The translations under genes and the position numbers were made by a program. DNA of 64,000 bases from positions 248,001 to 312,000 of the forward strand of contig OZ374560.1 of assembly GCA_977862235.1 (NCBI GenBank), written 5' to 3'. Under the pieces are notes generated by a model. The model was not told where the DNA came from. It did no database searches and saw only the letters and a list, made by a program, of their open reading frames with translations. The stretch is from Dudresnaya verticillata. Taxonomy: Eukaryota. How positions within the stretch are numbered: the stretch's first letter is position 1; every line of letters starts with the position of its first letter. Shown here piece by piece: positions 1-14,100 of the stretch.

Positions 1-1
1 G

Positions 2-373
2 CCGCCGCAGCTCCACCACCACCACCACCACCACCACCCCCACCTCGCGAAGGTCGAACGGCAGCCGGACCCGCGCATCCAAACCCAACCGCACCACCCG
101 CATACCAACCACACCACCACCACCACCATCACCACCACCACCACCACCACCATGACCACGACCACCGACAACAGCAACAACAACAACAACCACGCCCCCG
201 CCCGCCCGCGCCGCGCGCCGCCCATGTGCCAGCGCGTGGGCCTGTGGCAGCTGCGCCATGCGCAAGCAGAGTCGCACCCCTCTTCCTCGCCGCCGCCCTC
301 GCCCGTGCCCGCGCCCGCGCGCGCCGCCATCGCCACCGCCGCCGCCGCCGACCACGCCCACCGGCCCAGCTGA
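2..373 (+). CDS. 3' end of an unknown host gene with poly-His/poly-Thr/poly-Asn low-complexity tail (5' part outside window)
   Basis: Frame 2 is open from position 2 to TGA at 371-373 (PPQLHHHHHHHHPHLAKVERQ...TTTTTTT...NNNNNH...RPS*). It is GC-rich and followed by UTR-like sequence. No domain recognised. Confidence 0.4.
   Translation, partial: PPQLHHHHHHHHPHLAKVERQPDPRIQTQPHHPHTNHTTTTTITTTTTTTMTTTTDNSNNNNNHAPARPRRAPPMCQRVGLWQLRHAQAESHPSSSPPPSPVPAPARAAIATAAAADHAHRPS
13..190. repeat. (CAC)n / (AAC)n trinucleotide microsatellite cluster
   Basis: Runs of caccaccac at 13-38 and ~110-151; aacaacaac at ~176-190. Confidence 0.9.
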
Positions 374-1036
374 CGACTCGCGGCCCCCGCAGCCCCGTTT
401 GCGCGCGCGCGCGCACATGCGGCGCCAAGAGCCGCGGCGGGAGCGCGGGAGGCGCACGGGTGGATACACTGCTGCACGTGCCAGTTTCGCTGCGCAGCGG
501 CAGCGGCAGCAGCCTTGCGGGCGCGGCCGGGCGCAAGGCGCGCCGGTGCGCAAGCGCTTGCGACACACCACTGTACTGTTTGTGGACCGTCGGCGCGGCG
601 CGTCGACCCACCGCCGCCGCCGCCGCCGGTGCCGCCCGCTCAGCTTCTAACGGCGTCGTTGCGGTGCGGTGCTGTTACTCACCCACGCGCCCAACTGCCT
701 GCGGACCAACTAATAACACTCTACATCTCGGAACGAGCAGTTTAGTGTCATCAACCACCACACTACCCCTAACCGTTTGCGCTGTGCTCCGTCTTCTTCG
801 TCGCCCGCTTGTTACTACCTGCTGAGTGCCGTCTGTCAACTCGCCAATTTTATCGCTACAACACGCCCGCCCGCTTCCTTCGCTCGCTATTATCCACCGT
901 GTGCAGCACGCGTTTCCCTTTCCCACTAAACAACTTTGCTTGCTCTGCTCTCGCCTTTGGTCACTGCGTGTTGGCACACGCAACCCTCGTGCTACACTAC
1001 GGCTCTTGCTCCAGCCCTGCGCTGCCGAACGCGCCC

Positions 1037-1058
1037 GTTGTTGTTGTTGTTGTTGTTG
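1037..1058. repeat. (GTT)n microsatellite
   Basis: gttgttgttgttgttgttgttg. Confidence 0.9.
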
Positions 1059-2549
1059 GTATTGCGGCGAACCGCGGCGTCCAACGAGGCGCAGTTGGAG
1101 AGGGACAGCAGTTGCACGCAAGTCGCACAACGCAGCCACCACATCAAAAAGCGGTGCAAAACACGCGCAACAACGATAACCGCTATTGCTCATAATGCTG
1201 TACATTACTGTATTACGCCCACCTTTGACGCATTTCCCGCCGCCCAATGTCGCCCACTGAGACGCCTCAAAACAAACATCTCAGCAATTTTGCCAACCGA
1301 TTTCCACGTAGCACCTCCGTCCGCCAGACCCAACAGCTGCCTGAGCAACGCCTTCTGCAATGTCCCCAGTGGTGCCAGCCCATCCTTATACTGTAGGTAT
1401 TGCTCTCTCACTCTCTGCCGTCGTCTTTAAAAGCAGTAGCATTACACGCAAACTAACATACACGCAGCTACGCGCTGTCATGTTGGCCTTTTCAATGCCA
1501 AAAAGTCCTTTGGGCACAGCGCCGGAACGTAATCGCATTTTGGCAACGATATTGGCAGAGATCACACTCGCATTGGCGAGTCACAACACCGTGTTAGTTA
1601 GTACGGACAACTACAATTCAATCAATGGCAGCGGCCATGCTCTTGTTCATAACACCGCAATCTCAGCAAACCATAAGCAAAACAAAACGCTCTTCTCTTC
1701 CGCTCACAATAAATTCGAGCTCCGCTAGACCTCTCACATTACAAATTCCGCACCGCAGCTCAGAACAATGGCGATAAAGAGACGGGGCGTATAAAACAAA
1801 TTGCTACAAATGTATGCGCATGCCAAGTTTTGGCTTTTCTGCTGGTCTTACCAACAACATATGGAAACCCACCACGTCCAAGGTCATTGTAGAAATCATT
1901 CTCCTTCAGCATGCCAGAATAAGACGAGTCCTCTAGTACACAAACAGGAAAAAGTTGCTTGCATTACCAATTGCCAGCCCAGCAACCCCATGTTCATCTT
2001 CGAGAGTGTTTTGCGGTCGACTTGGACCAGTCATCTAACTCTCGGCAATATTCTGCTGCGGATAATAAAGGATCCCGATTCTAAACCTACACCATGCAAC
2101 AAGTAGACATATTCTGCTCTGTCTACGTGACCAAGTCCAAGCAGTCCCGAGCCAATCTAGTCCTTACCTGCTTACGTGCCCAAGGTGAAACCACAACCGC
2201 GTACAGTTCAGGGAGACTTTGAATGATTCCGGAAGCATCAGCTTTTGCCCTTACAAATGCTGACTCCAGGCTGGCCAATAATTCGGCTGCGACACACATC
2301 ACATCTGTACAATCATCTCACCAGTCTCTAAAACGAACCAGCTTTATGGCGCCTCATGACACAAGTCGCCTGCACCAAAACTCTCAAACAATCACCTCTT
2401 GCACGCTGTTGTCACGCATAAAGATCGTCCCAGAACATTTGCACATCTCCTCACAAGCCCATAAGCCCCCCGGACAACACCATCCACGATTCTCCCACTG
2501 TCGCGAAGCACACGAAACGGCATCTACCAGCCTAACCGAGCACTCGCAG

Positions 2550-2730
2550 TGGCTATGCACTGGAGACAAGGTTGAAGTATGGTGGGACGGCGAGCAATCA
2601 TACTTTCGCGGCGTCTTCTATCGCCAGGCCATAGCGACTGGCACCGATCCTCACCGTTTGCGTTTCTCCTCGCTTACGATGACGGCGACCGGCTTTTTCA
2701 TGACCTGAACGAAGAGTATTAGCGTTTCAC
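2550..2730 (+). pseudogene. Frameshifted Tudor-like domain fragment
   Basis: LCTGDKVEVWWDGEQSYFRGV (ORF 2223-2708) continues after a frameshift near 2657 as FAFLLAYDDGDRLFHDLNEEY*RF. This matches the Tudor pattern G..V.VWW....Y.G....Y(D)DGD....L....W seen in MSH6/PDS5-type Tudor domains. Confidence 0.55.
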
Positions 2731-3911
2731 TGCAGCGCATTTGGACAAGCTCACTTGCTTTGTGCCGGGGGAATGTAGCGAGCTTTGGGGCTGTGGGAAG
2801 GCGGCACAGCGGGAGCTTGCAATTCGGGAATTTACGAGACAGAATGTGAGTGGGCACGTGCGGGGCGAGGGGTTGTTACGGACGGCTTCCCCCGGGAGTG
2901 CATGGATGTGTGGGGAGAATGACGGAATGTTCCCTCTCAAGGTTTGCCTGAAACGTGCGTGTATGCAGGATGGATTCTGGGGCCTGGCGAATTGGTGTGC
3001 TACCGATTGAGACTCTGAATGAGACACTTGGAATTTTTTCTTCTGTATTGTCGCAACTGCTCCTAGGAGTGAAGCAGAACACAGCCTGCCGTAGGATACA
3101 TTGCGAGCTTGTATGTCGGAGAACTGTGTATCGCCCTGTACAGTAAGTACTACTTTCGTTATCCGTAACTGTGAAATAGCTCTGGCTCAAGCCGTTGCGA
3201 TAGGTCTATAATCTGATTAGAGTCATGTTAGCCGTGCAGTGAACTTTGGTTCGGAAACGCGAAAAGATGCCAGACTCCTTCATTAATGCCTTCCATACCA
3301 TTGGCAAGAAGGTGATTTGCATTATGCCGCTCTTCCTTCCGAAGGATCTCAAGTTGCAGAGAGGTTGAACAGTTTACTGAGATCCTTTAAAAGGGATTAG
3401 GAACTACTGCTTATCGTCGCAACTACATTGCTTTTTCCTGCCGCACTCGCAGGCAGACAATTCTAGAGGCACTCAACATTGTGCAGAAAGATTGTGAAGT
3501 TGATGACTTGACTCCTGGATGAAACCACTCTGACTTTGGTCAAGGGCAATACCACAGCCGCAGAGCAAAAGAAAAAAAAGAATTTCTATCCCGTCAGAAC
3601 TGGGCCATTGTTACAGCCGCCGCCTAGAGGGTTACTTGAGAATGTTGAAGGTTACTGATCTAGAAATACTGAAAAATCTGCGTTCTTGCCGTCGGTAACA
3701 TATGCTTACAGTGCAATCGACAAACCCACACTATTAGGAGCAGTAAAGATTAATATCAAAAATATTCGGGACGGTTTGTAGTTTCAATATTTTCTTTACT
3801 TCACACACCCGGCAGTAGCCTTCTACCAGCGGCTACCAGCGGCTATCGAATGTACGGTAACTGCTCGCGCTTCAGACTCTCCGTCTTCGCATCTCGTCGG
3901 TAGAACAATGC

Positions 3912-5021
3912 TCACTCGACATCAACATTGATATAAGTGTACACCACCTCGCAATGCGAAGCTGCAAAAATCTCGGTACCGGCAAGACGGCACCCGTACT
4001 TTTGCACAAGCTTCTTCTCACACCGTCTCACATGCTCATCAAGCGTCGTCTTCACGAGCCACGCCGCATTATCGTACTCCAACCTGGTCGGGTCTGAATA
4101 GCGCGCATATAGTTGCGATAGGAACCCCTCCTTTACGACCTCCTCATGCGCCTCATCCATGGCTTTCCTCACGTCCCGAGCATATTCAATGCTGACCCGG
4201 ATATCGAGCTTGGTTCCTAGCCTCCCGTGCCCAGCACTGAACGTTTCAAAGTCAATTTGCAACAGCTCATCCAGTACCATGATGTACCGCCCGAAATCCA
4301 CCGTCTCCCCGAATGATATGAACTGTACGTAGCCCGGTGTGAGCACGTCAGCCAAGTGCACAACACCGCCCCAATCCCGACTGCGCAGGATGTGCACCAA
4401 TAGGTCGGACGCCGTATGCCCTCCAATTATCGATAACTTCACCTTGAGATTTGGATTGAGCGTGATGAAGCGATCTTGACGCCGGATGTGTCGGGTTATC
4501 TTCGGGATCTGCGACCCTGCGTTCCGTCCCAGGAAATGCGTTGTTTCATCAGAGCCCCAAACTCGGATCGGAACAGCTGGAAAGGCCTTCGACCCGTACC
4601 TGAAAAACGCCGTTGCACCTCCAATGTGGTCAAGGTGCCGATGTCCGTATACCATGTGAATAATCTTCGGGTATCTTCCTGAAAGTATCTTGCTTACTGC
4701 CTTGTTGAGAATGTAAGCCCCTTCCTTATCGAACAAGGTCGGCGTGAATGGAAAGTCGATCATCGTGAGTACCCTGTTTGCAAACAGAATTAGCGAGTAA
4801 TAGCTTCCTTCAGTGAACGCGAATACTCCTGGACGGATCTGGGTGACATTGAAACCATCTGGGGAGATTGGAGGACTCAGCGCACTCTCGGGAATCGGCA
4901 AAATCTCGCACTTTCCTAAACGGAGGCACTCTTGGCGGAGTTCGAGACACGAAGCCGTTGCATGGGCTTGGTAGCAAAGAGCAGTTGAGTGCAATAAGAA
5001 CACTAGAATCTTCGGGTTCAT
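3912..5021 (-). CDS. Secreted metallo-beta-lactamase-fold hydrolase, 369 aa, intronless
   Basis: N-terminal hydrophobic signal-like peptide; MIDFP; HxHxDH motif (GHRHLDHIGG); GGHT; LADV; AGHG - the canonical MBL metal ligands in order. Confidence 0.88.
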   Translation of the reverse strand: MNPKILVFLLHSTALCYQAHATASCLELRQECLRLGKCEILPIPESALSPPISPDGFNVTQIRPGVFAFTEGSYYSLILFANRVLTMIDFPFTPTLFDKEGAYILNKAVSKILSGRYPKIIHMVYGHRHLDHIGGATAFFRYGSKAFPAVPIRVWGSDETTHFLGRNAGSQIPKITRHIRRQDRFITLNPNLKVKLSIIGGHTASDLLVHILRSRDWGGVVHLADVLTPGYVQFISFGETVDFGRYIMVLDELLQIDFETFSAGHGRLGTKLDIRVSIEYARDVRKAMDEAHEEVVKEGFLSQLYARYSDPTRLEYDNAAWLVKTTLDEHVRRCEKKLVQKYGCRLAGTEIFAASHCEVVYTYINVDVE

Positions 5022-5100
5022 TCTGAGAGTGAGGTTAGAGAGACTTCGGCGCTGTTGGATATGGCAAGATGCTTGGGGTACTCGAGCACCAGAGACTGAT

Positions 5101-5107
5101 ATTTATA
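5101..5107 (-). promoter_or_regulatory. Possible TATA box (TATAAAT) of the MBL-fold gene
   Basis: TATAAAT on the minus strand ~80 nt upstream of the ATG at 5021. Confidence 0.35.
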
Positions 5108-8100
5108 GTCAGAAACCCGCTCTCAATGGGCAGAGGAAGATTCTTCTACCTCTGAACAGTAGCTGTGATTGCCCCTCTGTGATGAGTGTGCACGGAGCGT
5201 AGGGGCCCCATGTTTTGTCGCTTTCGAGACGTAGACTACGTTTTGGCCGGCCGAGAGCTCCCACGGGTCAGACACCACGCTATAGTATTCCGTCCAAGTC
5301 AGTAGCCGCGTGTATCAACCGCGACCTCCATCACGACCAGTGGATTCAGTTATTGTCGAAGTCCGCGTCTATTTCTCTCAGCGAAGGGTATACAAAAACA
5401 AAAATCACATGCATCCGTGGGCTGTGCCCGATCATGCAGCCCAGGAAGACAATCAGCGAGCTAAACAGAAACACTCTCGCCCCTGTGTGTCCATCAAAAA
5501 GTCTGCGGATCTCAAACCATCTAGTTATGTAACATGTTTTATCTGCTGCTGTCTGCGCTACTCATCTGTGGCAGTGACAATGGAAGAGGCTGAAAACGAA
5601 CAGCAATATGGTCGAAGTTAAATCCAACCCATGAGGAGACTTTTTAGTTTCATGGCATCCAGCAAGGGACGTAGGCATCCGACACGTCGCTTGGGAAACT
5701 GACTACTGAACTAAAACCGTGACCGTTGTTCTTTTACAGAATCTCGATACAGCGTCCTGGGCCGTTGGACTCTTGATCGGCCGGCTTGGGTAACTTGGTT
5801 CCCAGAATACAAGCCCTGGGCTTCTGGTATCCATTCTTACGCGGCAACTGTTTTCTCTTGCTCCGCAAGGAAAATGATGGGCGTATGCATGCAACAATGA
5901 GTTAGCAAGGAATTCAGAGCTATTCACCCCCTCTTTTGATAAGCAGATAGTATGCTAGTGAGCGTGAGTTCGCAGCGTTGAATTAGTTTAAGGTGAGCAA
6001 TTCTCAACGCAGGAGGACTTCTCTTCTGCAAGAATCTTTGAAACAAAAGCCTGTACCGTGAAGCTTCGCGCTTTGGAGGGATACTTCTGATTGAGAAGCC
6101 TGCTGTTGATAAAAGCAAACAAACACGAAATTGTGGAAGTACGGACAGCAATTACCCAAACAGTAAGCTATGGCAGTGCTGTACACACAACCTGAAACAA
6201 GATATGATAAGGTTGCAACCAGCGAATTCATGGCTGGCTGTGTACAGTTGTACAGAAGCAGGCTTTCCAACCTTTCATTGTCATTCAGTCTCAGTCTCCA
6301 CAGTCGGCACACCTGTTCTTATTGGAACCGTTACCAAATCCTGCTCGCTGGATTTGATCCCTCGAACTGAAGGTGCCCTCTCGGCGTTCGCTGTGTATGG
6401 AAGGAATCCTAAACAGTCCTTCCATGTCGCCCATGATGTGAACTCACGCAGTGAGTGGTGCTGCTTGGTCCTGCTTGTTTGAACTGTTGGTGTTAGCACC
6501 CCTGATTAACGCGGAATCGCCGCCAGGCGATTCAGGGCAATCAGGGGAGGATATTCAAGATACATGGTACATATACTTGATGTCTACGTGGGGGAAATCT
6601 TCCAGCACGAAGTAGGTGCTTTTGCCGACGCAGCAATTCCGATAGAGGCATCTTTCCAGCGGCCGTTTTATGCCAGTAGTGCCTGTCTACCGTACCTCAC
6701 TTTTATGGACACCAGGAAAAATACAATCCGCAAGCAGCCACGACCTTCGATATGCTGCAACCATTTCACAACACAGCACTCCACAAAAGGAAAACCATCT
6801 CTGCAGGTGTGTTTCAAGGCGCGAGATGAGCTCTGGGTGACATGCTGTGCCGTTAACCCGTGTGTCGTGACGTGGCGCGCTCCAAGCACAGGCTCAAAAA
6901 GCGGAGCGGAGGGCAACGTTATGGTTTCCGCAGACCCTCTCATCTTGGCGTGGACCTGTTTCTTGCGGAAAGCCGGGGAGCGTTCCCGCCCAAATATGAC
7001 TTGCTGCCCTCCAAAGCTGTGTTTGTCCAGTATTTCTCGGGCCGGTGTGCAAGTGCGCCTTGAAGAACACTCGAAGGGTACAAAAATCCACATCCGACCG
7101 AGCCCGATCGTGACCCATACTGTTTCGATGCTGCATCTTGGTCTGGGACCCCAGTTCCTCTTCTCGACCGCAAGTTGTTTGCGATGCCCCTGTCGAAAGT
7201 CTGCATTCTTTTTCTAGTAGCACAGTACTGGCCGAATTACACGTGAGCTCATCGCATAAGCGCGCGAAAACCCGTTACTGTCAACCACAGTATTGAGAGA
7301 AGATGGCACCTTGTTGAAGAGATAAAAGGGAGCTCTAGGAAGCTCCCGGGGATAGCGGGAATATATGGGCATGAATGCGGCACCGGTTAATTGCCAGACC
7401 TTGGTAACGACGCAACGTATTAGCCGCCTTTTCGGCTTAACATTCATCCCATAGTGCTGGACATTTATGACCGGATTGTCACTGGGATTAGACTGGACGC
7501 TCAGGTCTTCGCCAAATTCCTCGCAGAGAAGAAGCGTATGACCCCTCTTTCCAAGACTCAGTCATTGATTACCTGTCTCGTTTCTTTGCGCCTAGGGTAT
7601 ACCGCGGTCTGCATTAATCGTCGCATATTACTTACAACCTGCTGGCTAGGGTACCACCTACGGGTGAAAACGTTTCTGAGTTGATTGGTTTATTGGTTGT
7701 TTGTAGTGTTCCTGCCCAGGCAACTGTCGAAAGCAACTTGGGCGCATGGGCAATCGCACTGCACGGCAGGGGGTATTTTAGCTCCTTCCTTTTCTAGGAC
7801 GGGGAGCAATGGATTTGATGTTTGGGGCTTATGTCCCGGATGGCTGCAAATGCTCGTCGCACATCGAGGATCTGTGAAAGGAATGGATTCGCCAGAGTCA
7901 GGGCTTGTAGGGTGCTGGATTGTGGTCCGATGGCCGAAAGACATACTTTGCAGGTTGGTGATATATGGGAAACGTACCCAGTTGCCAGCATATCGCAAGC
8001 TTGCGATCTTTGGGGTCAGAACCCCCGCAAGCTTTGTAACGCTACAACATGGTTGAGGTGTATGTCATCTCTCAGAGGGATTGGCGTGGGTGGGAACGGA

Positions 8101-11100
8101 GAGCGTGTAGGGTTAGGCGGGAATGCCTTGAGTATTCCTCACTTTGCTGCTCAGGTTGTGGAGTACAGTGGTAAGCTGGTGCACAGCAGTTGTGAATCCC
8201 CTATGTACGCCAAAAGCTTCTGCACAGCGAGTACAGATGATACAGTGCGCGGAGTTCCGGAGTCTGCTTTGAGATGCATAGCCGGACAGGAAGAAATATC
8301 CCGTCTAGGGCATTGACTGCAAGCTGTTCTGTTTAGGTACAGAGAACGAGAGAGAGGCAGTACTCCTATGTTGTTCTTACGAAGGCCATGTACATAACGG
8401 TGGCCGGGCCGGGTGGTTTAGATGAATAGCCGAAGATGAACAGCATGTACAGTGCCGTTCTTGCCGCTTCAATGCGACGAATCAAACGCCCCGGCTTCGC
8501 ACCATCCGCAGAACTGGTGAAACCCGAAGATGCTACGAATCTGATCGCTATTTTCTTACCAACCAACTTGAACACTGTGCTAATGTACCTCCGTGTCGAT
8601 GTGAGAGCATTTCGGATGTGATATGTGCGATATCCATGATAGAGTAATTTTCCTCAACTATGACTACTAGAGACAGAAACTCATCACTACATTCTGAGGC
8701 TAGCGCCCCAACTGCGACACAAGGCAAACAAGCATCTCTCTACCCGTCAGATTGACGGTAAGCCCCTAAAGGAGCCTTAAAATCACCAAGATGTAATGCA
8801 AGAAGGGCACACGCCCTGTGATGTTTTATTGTTTCTATATTCCAATCTGTCACATAATCCTCTCAGCAGACATGAAGCAGATCTGGTTTCCTTCCTCATT
8901 GTAACAGCCTCAAGCTTTCTTCCCCCGAAAATTCTAGCTTCAATGGCAATCCATGTCAATCCATCACATCCCTTCTTACAACCATGACGACTACATAAAT
9001 TATCCTACAGTTAAACTATCTGCAATTCACTATCCGTCTCGGTCCTCGTTTGAAGCGACGGTGTGTCGTTTTAGTATCTGTTTTCCTTTCGATTAAAATG
9101 GAAGCCAAACGTGAAGCTAGCACGAAGAAAATGGCAAGTTATGTTGCTTGCTGCTAGAGGGTTCATGTCCGGGCTCTCGTTACGAAAGGCCCCTTTTACT
9201 AAGGGTGAGTCGTGTGCGTGTCGTGTATGTCTCTGGTGTGGGTATGGGAGCAGGCGCAACTAAATAGAGACTTTTCATTAAAACAAGGAACTGCTCAATA
9301 AGGGAATTGTTGTGAGCAGTAACTCTACATGTGCAGTTGTCTCAGATGTTGCTCTGTTATCTGAGTGTAGCTGTAATTGTGGTCGAGTGCATCCGAAACC
9401 GTAACGCTAACGAGCAAGCATGCAAGAGTCTCTGGACAATCTAGAAACGTAACTAGACGAAGTATGTGTAGCGTCTCATGGATAGATTTCTCGCTTGTCT
9501 ACATATTGGTTTGTAGAGTTTGAAACACTGCAGTTTCTTGAAGAAGAGATTCTTCAAGTTCTTGTCCATGTTTCGGACCGAAAAAGCTATCTATGTATGT
9601 CTCCTTAAGGCACCAAGTTTACTGCGACTCTCATTAGGGATGGCACATAATGACCATGACGCTTCGTGAGCGAGCGCCCAGAAGACTAAAACTTGTCCGT
9701 AATCCAACATAATAGTCTCGTCAGTTTCGCGACTGGCCCTCGCTGGTTTTCTAAGATCTTGTCGTGACTAGGTGTAACATTCGGGTCGTTCAAACTGGTC
9801 GTTCAAGAGGCCTATTTTCCGACCGCACACTGAAAAGCTGTAGATGCGTTACAGACCCCCACAATCAGGGAGGTGAATATCACTGAGATGATTCTAGTTT
9901 GGTTGTATCTGTGTGCCGAAGTACCGTCCGCCAACCATAATCGTCAGACGTATCGCGGCGTTGCAAGATCTTGCTTGCCGGTGGGCCTAAGGTTTCAGTT
10001 GTTCCTGTCAAGCCACGGAGAGCTTTTTGCGTGCCAAACGCATGGCATGCACGCATCATACTGTATACTCTGCAAAAATCACAGATGAGGACGCACGTTG
10101 CTCGTGAGCGCCCTTCGAATAGGCTCGAGCCTACTGAGACTGTTGCAACAAAACGGTCTAGTGATGATTCAGTTTTAATGCGTTGTTTAAGGTGGTCCTA
10201 TGCGGGCGACAAGGGCCCCTTAGCATGTACACCAGGCCAGAGGGCCAAAGCAACGTTGCTTGGTATCGTTACAGAGCATCTGTAGGGGGTGTTACTGGGG
10301 CAGGGAGTGGAGGGGGCGTCTAGTGATGTAATTAACTTTGCCGGTTAACTCACCTGCTCTAACTTCCGCCAATTTGCCTGGTTCTCACCATTGAGAATAG
10401 CGAATGGAATGACCTCATGCGATCTTGTCGTGGAAATGCAAGACCACAAATGGACCATTGTTGCACTGTTGACATATATCCGCATTTGTGGAGAAGACGC
10501 TGCGCCAAGTATAGATCTGTATGCCATCGAGCGCCTTTGCCTGGAGTATCGAAACTAGGACCAGTAGTTATCGGCATTGCTCATGCTGAATGGATGAAGG
10601 GCCAAGTGGTCTTCTTAGCCACTGGAATAGTATCGCATTGGGATTTGAGATGTCCTCAGTCTGTACGGGTCTTCTCCACCACGTATCCTTCTCACGAGTT
10701 CCGTCTTTGTCTTGAGCTTCAGACTCCATGTCATGAAACCTGCAGATGAACGGAGGTAAAAAACTTTCCTTCACACAACTGATCTATAGGTCAACTAGCT
10801 TTTCGATAGACAGCAGAAAATGACGGTGAACCGTCACTTCAACTCGTTTCCTATGCGGCATTTCTTTTTTATCTTCTGTTTAGTTGAAGCGCATGGGAAC
10901 GAGATTTTCATTCTTGTCCAGAGCTACACAACAGTTTCAGTACCACTCGTTCTTTTGATCACATTGTTGTTAGCCGCCAGAACTGCTGTCTGCAAAATAT
11001 CTATTTGCCAATTGCGCTTCGCTCGTCATACGGTAAGGGTCAGTCCTTGTCTAGGAAATCTGAGAGATTATCAAGCTGCTAGCGAAGATTTGCATCCACT

Positions 11101-14100
11101 GTATGGTCCGGGATCAGTCGTGCACTTAGCGGACAGTGCATTACAAAAGGGAGGAGCTCCAATCGTCCGGCACTCTCCTCATGTCGATAGCATTTGAGTG
11201 CGTTCTCCTCATGGAAATGAAAATCCTTTCTGTCTATGCCGCGAGAATGGTTCGGTTCGTCAGTCGGACAGGAGAAACTTGAAAAATCCATGTCACTAAC
11301 CTCAACGCCAAAGAAACCTGAAAAGGAACGAAATCCCTTTAGCATGATCGCATGAGTGCGGATGAAGTTGTCCCCAAACGATACCCGTTATATTAACGTT
11401 AATAGATAGCCCCGGTGTAACTGATTTGGGGTTTCGCCACATGATGTAGCTGGTGCCGGATTGGGCGTCTAATGCGGTTCGTAAGCGACTTGGGTTAGTA
11501 CGGCAATCTTTAATAGGTGTTGTGGGGACCTTGTGCCGCCGGGACTCGACTTGCACTCTTCTAAGTTTCACAGAATGCAATGTAAGAATCCGTCCCAATA
11601 GCAGCAGTCCCCTGTGATCATCCGTTTCAAAGACAAAATATTCTTTGCACGGCTTTGCAAAGCCGTCTGATACATCTCCAGCGATATGGACAGAGTGCGC
11701 CAATGTGTCTATCCGCTGACTCCTGCCGGTTCGACCCAAGCGTTTATCGCCTCTTCTTCTTCTGCCACAGGATTTTGATGCGATTGAGTCTCATCTGTGC
11801 TTGCACAGGTGCAGGCAGTTGTACCAGTATAATTGTGGTGACACGATTTGCTCTCCAAAGATGCCAAATCGCTTTGATAGGAACTACTCATCGGCAATAT
11901 TGTCAAAGAAAGGACCTCTTGGAGAAATATTTCAAGGGGAACTTTGCCCGGAAAGCAAGGTCGATAGGTACCGCGAGGCTTTCCCCCGCCCGCAGTAGGG
12001 GAGGCCTTTGTTCATCCATATAATTCTTGCGCTTGATGCCATTCCGTTGTTGACCAAATATCGTCTTTTGGTGGTCATGTTCCTGGTGATCGTCTCGTGG
12101 TAGTTTTCTCTAGCATGGCTTTCTGAGCAAAGTTCATCTCTTTCCCCGGTGTTCATCGCGACGGACGAGTGGAACGCGAATGCTTGTCCACGGTAAGTTG
12201 AAAATATTATTTTCATCATGTTAAGTAATTAAGTCACTAAAATACGCTCTCGCCGAAGTCGTTTGTTCAAACACGAACAAACCTCCGTACCGCACTTCCA
12301 ACAATACCACCAGTGCTACGTGTTGCGAAACGCCTTCTTGGCACGCATCACCACCACTGACCCCAAATGCGACCCATATGCAATGCGCATGCACGTACCA
12401 ACCGCAGTGTTCAACATGTTAGAGGCCAGAGCAAGGGTGGACAGTTAGTGGTAGCCGCCTGCCGGCAGGCTGGATCGGGTGCTATCTTGGTGGTGGCGGA
12501 TGTCGCCTGTCAAGAAGTACTAGAGTCGACATGTTAATTATCGTGTGTCAGTGCAAGTGTAGACGAAGAGAGTAATCAATTCTCTTTTGTTAGGGCAATT
12601 GTAGGCATGGCTCTTTACCGGTACGTAACAAACAACAACGAAGAACGCCACACCGCCTTGCACTGTGCTCGGCTCTAATAACGATCTGTAGCTTTCTTTC
12701 CACTGGGTTCACAGCATGGATCAGTTGTGAGAGAATCGTTATTAGTTTTAATCACATGCTGAGTCTATGGCACTGATGCTCAGCTTCACTCGCGTTAATC
12801 GCTGGAAATTTGCATGTTTGATAGACGTGCATTCCAACAAGGCAGTCATATAAACGCTTCAGTTGTTTCATCAATGCGACACTCGCACGCCATCGTACCC
12901 GTTGTCTCTTGCCTATTCGTTTTTCGAATGTTTCCTTACTGAGATAGGGACCGCACCTTCCTGGCATTTGTGGTGGCCAAACTGCAATAAATACGAGCTT
13001 ACAACTAGCGCTGATAGTTTTACACATTTCACTTTGCAGCGTGGCAATTTTGCGGTTTGAGAAGCATCATATCACATCTATACCTATTGTTCGTTGTTGA
13101 AGATAGTTCAGACAAGGTATCAACTAGAGCCACAACAATTTTCCTCCCACCAGTGACCACCAGGTGTAACAAAAGAGTTGCCTTGCAACAAATCGCTGGC
13201 AGTCAACCTTTACGCTGGCTTTTCCATCTTATAATCTACAGCTTTAGCAAAGGGGTATCACTTTATTATCTGTTGTTTCTTCATCGTATAGACCCTGCTT
13301 ATTATTCCCACGGTGCCTATCTCACAGACCAGTAACTTTCCATATTCATACCTTGGTGACAAGAGGTCAGACATACCAAACTACCATATGCACGTTAGTA
13401 ATGCCGTGTCCGTTATAAAAACTCTTCCGCCTCAACTACATGAGAACCGCAGCTCAGTAAGGCAGTGGCTTTTGCTTGTTATAAGGACATGCAGAAGGGC
13501 GAAAAAACTCACCCAGTTCTCCATCAGAGTGCAGAGTTGAGAAAGCTCCGTCACAAATCAGTACAAGGTCGTTGGAGACGAATTCGGTAGAGAGCGCCCG
13601 AAATGTCTTCCAAGTGTGACGCTTGCGGATCTCCTCTAGAGGTGATTCGTGCCTGCAGGATTCGAAACGGAAAACATATCGTGATGTGCATAAGCTCGAC
13701 ATGCGACAAGAAGAATGAGTTCTCATCCAGCAGTTGTCCGGCTCGCTCCCATGGTGCCGTCAAGAAGCCCAAACCAAACTCGTACGCAGCCACGCCGGCA
13801 GGATTTGTTTCGGGTTGCGCTGAAAAGCTTCTGAAATAGTAGTATCAAGGTTCAGAAGGACAAGTCGACCTTGCTGCTTGAGAATGTTCAGGACTGTTCT
13901 TCCCTCATTCTAGAAACTCGTGCTCTTACAGCGCAAGTTGAGAAGACATACCGTGACGCAACATGCCGGGAGAAGCTCAAAGCATTGTACTCTACAGCAT
14001 GAAACCGTCTTTCTCTTCCATCGTAACTACACCGTGTGGGCAAGGGATTTTTAGTCTTCTTTCATTAAAGTGTCTGCAAACTTTAGTTCCGTCACCTTGA

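Noticed and set aside
129..1430. Overlapping GC-rich ORFs on both strands
   Set aside because: They are by-products of microsatellites and high GC and carry no domain signal.
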